DNA of 64,000 nt from Eledone cirrhosa. Taxonomy: Eukaryota. The DNA is taken from positions 233,492,001 through 233,556,000 of the forward strand of contig OZ024741.1 of NCBI GenBank assembly GCA_964016885.1, written 5' to 3'. Of this stretch, positions 54,238-64,000 are shown in pieces. The translations under genes were made by a program, and so were the position numbers. Positions within the stretch are counted from its first letter, which is position 1. The number at the start of each line of letters is the position of its first letter. The notes beneath the pieces were generated by a model. It saw only the letters and a list, made by a program, of their open reading frames with translations, searched no databases and was not told the DNA's origin.

Positions 54238-56487
54238 TTAAGTTGGTCTAAAGTTCAGGAACTTGGTTGCTGATTTGTGCCGGCAAAAGATAGTTCTCTC
54301 AATTCTGCTGTTAAGAAGGGTTTTACTAAAATTAAGAATTTGGAAGAGCTCCATATTACAGAGCCTACAATGGGACATACCAGTTTGATAGGCTTTAGCA
54401 GTTGACAATATTTTCCAACTGATCTTGTATTTAATGTCTGCATTCTTGAGTTGCCATATTTTATTGGCAAGAGTTGTATTTGATTGATTCTTATTAATCA
54501 TAGAATGTCTGTGCACGTACCACCGTTTTTTGAAAACACCAGCTGTGGAACCAATGTAATACCATGCGAAGCTACCTGAGTTGATAGTACACGAGTATAC
54601 TACGTTTTCTCAAGGCATCTGTTTAGTAGAGGGCAATTGTCGAGTAAGTGGCAATTGCATAGAAATGCTTTCCTATGCGCCGGTTCTACTATATGATTTT
54701 GAAGATTGTTATGTATGGGCTGCGAATTAGGTTTGTTGGTGTATTGTGGTGGTGTTCTTTGGCGTGTATTTGGTTGCGATGATGTAATATGTGTGTATTC
54801 TGTATTAGGTGATATGGAACTTATATGGGGGCTACTTTGATTATGAATTCTTATGTAGTTAATTTTGTGAATGTGCGATTCTATGTTGATAGCAGTGGAG
54901 TATGGTAGTTTTATAGTTTTTCTATTAAAGATTTTATATTTATGTATTTTAGGGAAGTGTTTGTCAACTAATTTAATGAAAGTGAGAGGAAGCTTAGTTT
55001 TAATAGAGGAGTTAAACATTGGATTAAACCATAAGTAGTTTCTATTTCTGTATCTCCTATGTCCGCTAGTGGTATTAGTATTAGCATTTTGTTTATTTAA
55101 ATTAGGTATATGCTGCCTATTTATGCGTTTAGACCTAGGTTTGTTGATTCTATGGTTGTGGGAAGTATCGTTAACATTAAGTGTCTTGTTATTTTTTGTA
55201 TCAGGTATGTATTTGAGTCGTTCTTTATGGCCTGCCTTAAGTAAAGCTAAGTTATAGTAGCTAGCGTGTTCATTAAAAATTTCATGGTTAGAGGATAGGC
55301 GCGAGATTCGAAGGGATATACTATGCGCTATGGAGTTAATTATGGATCTAGGATGGTTCGAGTTATAGTCAATGTAAGCTAAATTTTCCTTATTTTTATG
55401 GAAGGGTTCTATTAGTCCTGAGTTAAGGTTAAAAAATACGTCCAAGAAGTTGACTTTTTTAGAGTTGGGTTCGAAAGTAATGCTCAGGCCTAAATTATTA
55501 AAGAATTTTCTAATCTTCTTCCTTAATCTTTCTAAGTTTTGCCTATTTACGTTTCTAGCTAAAAGTAGAGTATCATCTCTATAGATTCCACCTTGTAAGT
55601 TACCAAATTCCCTATGTAAGAAATATGCTATATAAATTCCAACCAAGTCTGTGATCTGGGCTGAGTCGTTCGATCCCATAGTAATATCGAAGTTATTCAG
55701 TCTATTTTTTCTCTCCCAGTAGCTGTTGTCGAATTTAATGATAGTTCGTCTAGCGGCTAGTATTATTTTAATTTCATCTGCTGAAAGATCCGAATGATTT
55801 TTGGCAAAGGATAATGCCTTATTAAGGGTGACTGGGGAGATAGAAGAGTAGTAGTCATTTATGTCAAATTGTATAAAGTCGGACGATTCTTTATTGTCTA
55901 ATGAGTTGAACCAGTCTATTGCTTCACTTGTGTTACCCCAGAGCTTGATAGTTAGTTGTTTCTTAATTTGTGGTAATATTCTATCTAGTATAAACTTACT
56001 AATTCTACCAATATCTGATTTTGAAGGACATATCAATCTAATAGTAGGGTTGGTTTCGAAGTTACATGTATGATCTTTCAGATTAAAAGTGGGTTCACAA
56101 GGTGTAAGAGGATCGGTTCTATCGGATATTTTAAGTTTTTTTACTATGTTAATACCTTTTATGTTAATGCTGTTGAGTGTAGACTCTGTAGTTTTCTTGC
56201 ATTTTTTATGTAAGTCGCGGCGTATAAAATTGTTGTATGTATTAAGGCTCATGGTGTATACATTAGATGTTTTATCTGCTTTTACAATGATACCATTAGT
56301 GGCACGTAATTTTCTTATAAGTACATTGATGTTATTCTGTAGTTTGTTGTGGTGGGTACGTTTTTTGAATTTAATTTCCTTTATCATGTTCATGAGATCA
56401 AGTTCAAAGGCATCGAGATGTGGATTGCCTGGTGGGTTTTTGCAGGATTTGAATCCATATTTTTCGCTGGTAGATCCATTAATTTGA
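54238..56487 (-). CDS. PLE polyprotein: reverse transcriptase + Cys-rich linker + GIY-YIG endonuclease (one frameshift near 54605; N-terminus truncated)
   Basis: Motifs YGFKS..PP, VKADKT, IRLICP, FDINDYYSSI, ITMGS, IYRDD, VNFLDV, SNHP, then CNC-x5-CP-x4-C. After the shift: NVVYSCTINSGSFAWYYIGST..FKKRW, KISWKIL, CRLC..E, LLNSR, CRHK. Confidence 0.9.
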
Positions 56488-56874
56488 TCACTATTATTAT
56501 CTTTTCTCTCTTCTTCATATCCCCATATTCATGATTATTTTCTATCCCCCTATGCTTCCTCATCCCTCTTAACCTTCCTCTATTTCTTTCTCATCTTCCT
56601 TACTTATCCTTCCTCTTTGCCTATGCTATATCCCCCCTTCTCTCTTTCTGTATATATCTTTATTATTATATTTATTTTGATGTGATAGTTTGATTTCGTA
56701 ACTTTTGCCGGTTACACATTTAACTATATCTTCATTCCTTCTTTCGTCATTTTCTTTCTTTCTCTCTCATTTCCATCTGTCCCCCTTCCTTTATTTTTTC
56801 ATCATTAATACTATTATTGATGTAGTAATTTGAATTTTTAAATTTACCGTTACGCATATATTTTATATTTCTTA

Positions 56875-56985
56875 ATAGTTTCTGATGAAATGATTGAACT
56901 TAGATGTATTGTAAATTGAGTTATACTGTCTCCAGTATTTAGCAATTTATAGACAATTCTATCATGGAAACAATTGTAAGACTGT
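56875..56985 (+). ncRNA. Type I hammerhead in the inverted pseudo-LTR
   Basis: atagttt CTGATGA aatgat...(~78-nt stem II including tgtaaattg/caatttata and atactg/cagtat)...atcatg GAAA caattg TA agactgt. Confidence 0.75.
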
Positions 56986-57188
56986 AAATAAATATCCTTG
57001 TTTGTACTGTCAACCATGTTATTCCTCACTTTTTTATTACTCCAAGATATATTTACATAGGAATACAAGTGAAGTCATAAAATCGTAAACCTCTTGTTGA
57101 GTCACACAGCACCGTACGCTTAAACTGTCCATGATAAGTACTTTTCATAGACTCTTATCGGATTACCATTAACGATTTATTGTTATCC

Positions 57189-57257
<69 letters not shown>

Positions 57258-57491
57258 ATTTACATATACATAAAGTCACAGATATATATGTATATGTAAA
57301 TCTTTATATTTAATAATCTCCCGTTGGGTTGAAATGCAATTTGGGCTGCGCTTTCTAGCAACCAGCCTACTCGCCGTAAGCAACTAATCACATTCTTTCT
57401 AACTTGACCACTGCCACGTCACGATTCTTAGCCATTTTTAAAATCTATTTCTGGCGGGATCGCTTTGGAAAATTAACTGTCCTATTGAGTT

Positions 57492-57570
57492 TGTCTCCTG
57501 ATGAGTTCGATACTCGAGATTTATCCTTAATAGGATATCTCAAAATACGAACGAAACCACGGTAGAGATA
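57492..57570 (+). ncRNA. Type I hammerhead ribozyme, intact core
   Basis: tgtctc CTGATGA gttcg...gagat.tatcct taat aggata tctc...cgaac GAAA ccacgg TA gagata; predicted cleavage after 57564. Confidence 0.85.
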
Positions 57571-57851
57571 TAATTACGGTATGTACGCATTTCTTCGAAC
57601 TTTAAATTTATACCTAATTGTGTATGGTTGACGGTATATTTGGTCAGTTTCTACATGCTGTTGAAATGTTGGGTAAATACTCTATTGTGGTCAACCGCGA
57701 AGAGGCTGCTTTCGGTTATTTATCAGATATTTCTTCATTGGAGCCTTTATTCTTATAGCCTGGTCTAATTGATTTTTTATATGGTTAATTATGCTAATTG
57801 GGAGAGGAAATAGTATATATATCTTATCTTATCTAATTTATTATATATATA

Positions 57852-58470
57852 TCTTCTCAATGGAAATCCGCTAAGATTTTCCGTTTATTCTGGAGCATGA
57901 AACGGCGGTGAGGGCACATATAGTAAGTACTGCGAATTTTTTTTTATTTATTTTAAAACATTTTCTCTATTTGCTAGACCTTGATTTTATATGTTCTGGC
58001 TTGTTAATTTATTAACCCGCCATAGAACCACATTGGCATACGGTTGGATAATACTTGTTTCCCTATATGTATTTTTTACATGTAGGAATTCATACTTTAT
58101 TATTATTAATCTCCCCCTAAGGTAGAGATCAAATTTTGGCCGTTTGGACTGCTGCTATTTCTAGTGGCAGGACATTGACCTGTCCACCCTGCCTTTTGTC
58201 TTTGCACACGGCACCAGACAGAATTATTTCTTCCATCATTCGCTCTCATTTCGGAATGGTTTTGTATGGCGTCAGTTTGTGATTTGAACTCGGGAATTTT
58301 ATATTCTCCGAGAGAGAAGAGCCCTCTGAAGATTGCTCCCTTCTCAATAGATATCCGCTTGGATTTTCCGTTTATTCTGGAGCATGAATCCGCGGTAAAG
58401 GCACATATAGTAAGTACTGCGAATTTTTTAAAATTTATTTTAAAACATTTTCTCTATTTGCTAGACCTTG

Positions 58471-58477
<7 letters not shown>
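57852..58477 (+). mobile_element. Non-coding PLE-like module with ~135-bp direct terminal repeats, ending in (TA)n
   Basis: 57853-57990 is repeated at 58340-58477; the repeat carries the 3' half of a hammerhead. Confidence 0.7.
58321..58402 (+). ncRNA. Type I hammerhead with one core substitution
   Basis: gccct CTGAAGA ttgctcc...ggagcat GAAT ccgcgg TA aaggc. The sister repeat at ~57892-57915 retains GAAA and agggc. Confidence 0.65.
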
Positions 58478-58525
<48 letters not shown>

Positions 58526-58567
58526 AATAGTAATAAACCAAAGATATAACACTATAGCATCACTATT

Positions 58568-58625
58568 TATTTCATCATATATTTCTGGGATGCTAAATTA
58601 TAGCAAACCTTCTTCAGACAAAATA
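58568..58625 (-). ncRNA. Decayed type I hammerhead
   Basis: Minus strand: tattttgt CTGAAGA aggtttgcta taatt tagcatccca GAAA tata TG atgaaata. The cleavage-site H is mutated to G. Confidence 0.5.
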
Positions 58626-59113
58626 CAATATTAGATGTATAAAATGTTATATGACATACTCACAAGAGTGACCTATCAGATCAATTCCAAATGGGTATGT
58701 GATTCAAAATCTCAAAATTTTCTAGTATGTAATGTTATTGGGAAATATAAAAATAAACAAATAAATAATAAGGACAGTGAATTTAAATGCTTTATATGTT
58801 TTTTTTTAAATAGCCTACTTAGATTGGCCAGCAAAAAAAAATTAAATGTGTATATCTTATTATTAAAGGGATATATATATATATATATTACACAATTTAC
58901 CCTTAAAAATCTCACACATTTAAACTTACACATACACTCACACTTATAGCAATACTAATTCACATACACATTCCACTTTATGTTCATACTCGTTACCAAG
59001 ACTACCTAATGGTTTTCTTGTTTTCCCTCGTCATTTTCGTCTTTTTTGTGTGTATGTGTCTTTACTGAACCTTCTTTCTGTTTCTCCATTGTGATTCTGT
59101 CTCTGTTTTGTAC

Positions 59114-59140
59114 TCCTGAAGAAGGGCTTAAGCCCGACAC
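59114..59140 (+). ncRNA. Decayed minimal hammerhead core
   Basis: CTGAAGA a gggc ttaa gccc GACAC; stems I and III are lost. Confidence 0.35.
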
Positions 59141-59666
59141 ATTTTATTCTTCTTTCCATTATAAAGCATGAAACTAATAAGACTTTAGAAGAAGTTATTT
59201 TGTAGATGTTCACCAATTTAGAATGAGTTAATGGATATAGATATATATGTGTTGAGAAATGAAATAAAACAAATTAAGATGCTGTAAAGGAATACACAGA
59301 CCTATGGCTGAAGTTAGATGCCACGGCCACGGTAATTGTTTGATAGCTACATTTTAGAAAGTTTGTTGAGCAAAATCAAGAGATGTTTACCTTCTGGTGT
59401 CGAGATTCAAAGAGGGAGATTTTCGAAGAGAAGCGAGAATTTTTCCCTTTCGGCAGAACTTGAAATACATCTCCCTATGCTGGTAGTGATTGGCTGAACT
59501 GACCCAAACAACGGATGGAGAATGTATTCAAGAGTCATCAGAATGTAGGTCACTACAAGACTTTTTGTACATCACTTTGTTGTTTCATTGAACTATATAC
59601 ACAAAGAAAAACAAGATGGCGTAGGACAGAGCAAAGGAGAGGCACAAAACAAAGAAAAGAATCCCA

Positions 59667-59709
59667 GTCACTGAAGAGGTCACAGAATGTGTGACGAAAG
59701 AACTTTGAC
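59667..59709 (+). ncRNA. Minimal type I hammerhead
   Basis: gtca CTGAAGA g gtcac agaatgt gtgac GAAA gaac TT tgac. Confidence 0.6.
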
Positions 59710-60007
59710 AATATATGAACAACCGTCCGGTTGTGGAACCAACCAACCGGAAATTTATAAATTTTTTAATTTATAATAAATTGGAGTGAAAGCAACTGGT
59801 GCGTGTGTTTCTTATTGGCAACATGACCCTCCCAAAGTATAACAATATCGGTTTCAACACACGTTTTCAGATAAAGAATCTTGCTAAACAAATTCAGAAA
59901 CGATATATATATATATATATATATCGTTCATGGGAAGAGAAAAATACCACTCAGGGAGGATGGGAGTAATCTAAATTCCTACACACACACACTTACATAT
60001 ATATGTA

Positions 60008-60098
<91 letters not shown>

Positions 60099-60284
60099 AC
60101 ATCATCATATCATCATCATCATCGTTTAACGTCTATCTTCCACGCTAATATGGGTTAGACATATGTGTGTATATATGTGTGTGTGTATATATATAATATA
60201 ATATATGTATATATATGACGAGGGTAAAAGTTCAGGTAAAATAATTATGCAAATAAAGTTTGAAGTTCAATGTAGTTTCAGTAA

Positions 60285-60378
60285 TAATTGTTTCTACTTT
60301 TGGCACAAGGCCAGCAATTACCTAGTACATTACTGCTACTTTATTTTATTGACCCCATAAGGATGAAAGGCAAAGTTT
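60285..60378 (-). mobile_element. 5'-truncated SINE family B with probable TSD
   Basis: AGTTTCAGTAATAAT on both sides of the SINE core. Confidence 0.75.
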
Positions 60379-60824
60379 CAGTAATAATGGAGCTTGAACA
60401 AGGTTTTTCACCATTTATATTTACCCTTTATACATTTTTCTAATTCATTTACTTTTCTTTTACTCATCTGATTCCATTTTTAACTCTTTTCCTTCCTTTT
60501 TCTTTTAGTTGTTTTAGGTCAAAAAGTCTACCACTTCATTTGAAGAAAATAATACAGAATAATACCCCTTTCACTTATGTCCCTCCTAGCCCTCCCCCCA
60601 CTTTTAATCCAATCTTAAAATCTGAGGAAGACTTATGTGGAATATGATGATAATGATAATGAAAATTATTGTGTACAGTGCTCAGGGGCACTACAACTCA
60701 TCCAAGGTGCATGTATAGTACATAAAATATTGTGCAAATGTCAGGAAAGTGAACAGAGTATGAGTCATGAAATACACACAGACACACACACATGTCTGCG
60801 TGTGTATGGAGGGGAATATCAGTG

Positions 60825-61015
60825 TTGGTGAATTTCAGGAAGCATGGAGGTTTTGAAGGATGCAGTGTCCTGACAACTAATAACTGATGCAGGTAGTTTG
60901 TTCCAAGCTTCAGCAACTCTGAGCGTGAAAAAATGTTTCCGAAAATCATGGAAACTGTGCTGTTTTCTGATTTTGTAAGCATGTCCACGGGTGTTAGACA
61001 TATGGAATTCAAAAA
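60825..61015 (-). mobile_element. CR1-clade LINE 3' fragment
   Basis: TRGHAYKIRKQHSFHDFRKHFFTLRVAEAWNKLPASV..FK, a typical CR1 ORF2 C-terminus. Confidence 0.85.
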
Positions 61016-61215
61016 GGCACTGTTGGAAAGATAGTTAGTAAGGTGACAAAGTTGTAAAATCTGAAGGAAAAGTAATCATGTATGACAAATGTGAGAAATG
61101 AATACACTATAGTGTATTCATTTCTCACATTTGTCATTGCAATAAAATGAGTAATAAACAATATGAATATTTTCAAATAAACTGGGAAAAACATTTGTAT
61201 GTAGAAACATGTATG

Positions 61216-61557
61216 GAGGCACATGGCTTACTGGTTAAAGCATTGGGCTTGCAATCGAAAGGTTGTGAGTTCAATTCTCAGACCGGGTGATGTGTTATTT
61301 CCTTGAGCAAGACACTTTATTTCACATTGCTCCAGTTTACTCAGCTTTAGAAATGAGATGATAGGGACTGGGGTCCCTATCATTCCACTGTAGAGTGATC
61401 GTGGAGGTGCCATGGCAAAAAAGCACCCAGCACTCACTGTAAATGAGGTTGGTGTTAGGAAGGGCATCCAGCTGTAGAAATCAAGCCAGAATCAGTTCCC
61501 GTCCCACCCTTGCAAGCAGGGAAAAGCGGATGTAAAATGATGATGATGATGATGATG
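61216..61557 (+). mobile_element. tRNA-derived SINE family A
   Basis: Complete head, central domain, RTE-like tail and (GAT)n. Confidence 0.9.
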
Positions 61558-61669
61558 AAACCTTTATATGCTATACAGAACATGTAAAAGGGCTGTGGCA
61601 GCTAATCATAGAAAACTGGAATTCTCCTCTTGTAAAACGTATGTGCACGAGAATGCAACAATTTTGATA

Positions 61670-62036
61670 AGAGTGACTGTAAAAGAGATAATCTTTAGAG
61701 TAACATTATTCGATAAAGTGCATAGCTCAGAGATCAGAGAGTCACTCCAGGTAGAGCTGCTACTTCTTCTAATTGAGAAATCACAGCTCTGATACTATGG
61801 GCGTGTATTTAGAATGTCTCAAGAAAGAATCACTGGACAGATTTTACGGGCAAAACCAACCAGCAAGTGACCCAGGAGTAGACTCCAAGCAAGATGGTTG
61901 GATAACATCCATGAGCTTGGCTGGTCTCACTTATGGATCCAGCTGAATCAGTTGGAGATGGTTGCTTCTGACAGGACCTGCTGGGGGGTCTGTTTGAGGA
62001 CTCTGCCCCCATGACTCATTCAGGAAGAAGAAGAAG
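61670..62036 (+). mobile_element. RTE-like LINE 3' fragment with (GAA)n tail
   Basis: RVTLFDKVHSSEIRESLQVE.LLLLIEKSQL*YYGRVFRM...RWLDNI. Confidence 0.7.
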
Positions 62037-62044
62037 ACACACAC

Positions 62045-62660
62045 AGTGTGTGCTGGGTGCTTTTTGTCATGACTCCTACACAACCACTTTACAGTGTAGG
62101 CTGGGTGTATTTTGTTACGACCACTTTACAGTGTGTGCTGGGTGCTTTTTGTCATGACTCCTACACGACCACTTTACAGCGTGGGCTGGATGTTTTTTAA
62201 GATACCAACATAACTTTACAGAAGTGGGTGGTGGGTGTAGGGGCATAGGAGGGGGTATAATGATTAAGAGGTGCCTACTAGATGTATGTTTGAGTCCATG
62301 CACATGGAAGGAGTGTCTTCTGTATTCTGCATAACACCAAAAATCTCAATCATGTGTCATTGTCTTTGAGAGGTGCAATCGTGCAAGGTCAGCTTTTACC
62401 ACCTCGCCCCAGATCTTTCTGAGTCTTCCTGCTCCATAGTTTCCATCAATTTTGATAGCCCTGTTCCTTTTTATAAAGCTGTCGTCCTTCATACGCATCA
62501 CATGACCATACCAACGCAATCTCCTGTCTAGCAGACTACATCTGATCGCTCTTATGCCTAATTTATCTCTCAGTTCATTTACGATTTGCCATTCATGTAT
62601 ATTACTATTACACATCCATCAGGACATGCATGCTTCATTTCTTTCCAGTCTTCCAATTTT
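62045..62660 (-). mobile_element. RTE LINE 3' end (C-terminus + UTR)
   Basis: ELRDKLGIRAIRCSLLDRRLRWYGHVMRM..GRLRKIW; homologous to 19920-20500. Confidence 0.85.
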
Positions 62661-63834
62661 AGTAGAGGTGATTCTTTGTAGACCAAACGCACTGCTATTT
62701 CTAGCATTCCTGTTGGCCTGTCTGTATCCTCATATTATTATATTCCTCACCATGTGCATTCAAATCCTATTGTGAATGTATGGTGACTAGTCTTATATAA
62801 TGTGTTTAGTAAGATGAAAATTCTACTGACAATTGAGTGTTTCATCTTATGGCTCCATCCATTTTTATTTTCACTCATAAAACAGCTGTATAGAATATTG
62901 AAATCTTGGAATTTTACCATTCTTATGTAAGTTTTTATTTACTTGCTCTCCAATTTGAAAATAATCGAAATTTTACCATCTGTCTAAGTTCTTTGACTTG
63001 CTATCCGATTTTTCTTTGGCAATGAATCTATTTATATATATATATGTGTGTGTATATGGATGGTAAGAATCGATCATATAACAACATTTCTCTCAGATCT
63101 TTTTATACCATTGCCCCAGTATAATCGTACATAATGTGGATAAATTTGTCTAGACAATATATTACCCTTGAATTTATGTGTGTGTGTGTGGGTGTGTATT
63201 GAGAGAGGTGAGTTGCAATATTCTCAAGATGCAAATAAATCAAATGACATTTCAGATGTAAATATCAGCTTATAAAATGGAAAGAATCTACAATATTAAT
63301 TCTAGAATACCAGCAATTATCAGCAAACTGTTTTGTTTTTTTCAGCCTGTGATGTTCAAAATATTTTGGGCAAGTTGGGCCACTGACAACAAAGTTCTTG
63401 TCATTGTTGACTGCTCACCATGTCATGGTATCAGGTGATGCCAGTGAAGGTGCTTGGTTATTCCACCACCTCAGCCTCTCTATCACTCACAGCAATTCTG
63501 CAAGTGTGTTGGCTTGCCTAAAAACTTGTTAGTGGGAAGCTCCAATCCCTCATGTAATGGCATGTGACTAAGTGTTTTTCTTCTTTTATTATCCCCACCT
63601 CATGTTTTTTTTTTAGTTCTGTGTCTACGTGTGAAAGAAAATTTATTAAAGTTGTAACTAAATACAACAAAACATTTTGTTTGATGCTCTACCAATTCTG
63701 TCAATCCACTGCCCTCAATAATGATTTCTAATATAGACACAAGGCTAGCAATTTTAAGGGAAGGACATGTCAATTATATCAATCAGTGCTTTATTTACTG
63801 GTACTTTATTTTATCAACAAAGGCGCCTGAAGAC

Positions 63835-64000
63835 AAAAGCACCCAGTCCCAACAGTAAAGTGGTCATGTAGGTGGCACAACAAAAAGCGTCCTGTCCACA
63901 CTGTAAAGTGGTCGTGTTGGCTACATGACAAAAAGTGCCCAGTCCACACTGCAAAGTGGTCGTATAAGATGTCACAACAAAAAGCACCTAGCACACACTG
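63835..64000 (+). mobile_element. RTE 3'-UTR internal repeats (runs off the window)
   Basis: Repeated acaaaaagcacccagtccacactgtaaagtggtcgt units. Confidence 0.7.

Larger units (their letters stand above)
53423..57190 (-). mobile_element. Penelope-like retroelement (C-terminal EN+, Hydra-clade-like), 5'-truncated, with an inverted pseudo-LTR, inserted in (TA)n
   Basis: RT + GIY-YIG ORF on the minus strand. The 3' UTR segment 53423-53955 is duplicated in inverted orientation at ~56500-57034. (TA)n on both sides. Confidence 0.9.

Noticed and set aside
54238-56487. Telomerase, group II intron or bacterial retron RT
   Set aside because: The C-terminal GIY-YIG, pseudo-LTR and hammerheads identify it as a Penelope-like element.

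Overview
Repeat-dominated, AT-rich animal genomic DNA. The SINE, LINE and microsatellite content is cephalopod/Octopus-like (inference). No host protein-coding gene can be called with confidence, and almost all ORF-track entries are microsatellite artefacts. The main elements are: a near-full-length decayed RTE LINE carrying a PHD-like finger (17.1-20.7 kb, +); a decayed L1/Tx1 LINE (33.2-37.3 kb, -); a nearly intact Penelope-like element (PLE; RT plus C-terminal GIY-YIG, Hydra-clade-like) with an inverted pseudo-LTR (53.4-57.2 kb); mariner/Tc1 relics; piggyBac-type MITEs; two non-autonomous Helitrons; and several tRNA-derived SINE families. The most striking unannotated signal is about a dozen type I hammerhead ribozyme motifs, both intact and decayed. 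They sit in short, apparently non-coding modules inserted into (TA)n arrays and are stacked back-to-back at 52.3-59.9 kb. Many have palindromic stem III and very long stem II, and three otherwise dissimilar modules share an upstream GCTGC..TTTCTAG hairpin. Two tandem repeats appear to have arisen inside transposon coding sequence: an 8.5 kb 34-bp satellite within a mariner transposase and an 18-bp minisatellite within an RT. One LINE insertion shows a twin-priming signature. All structures were read by eye; nothing was computed or searched.
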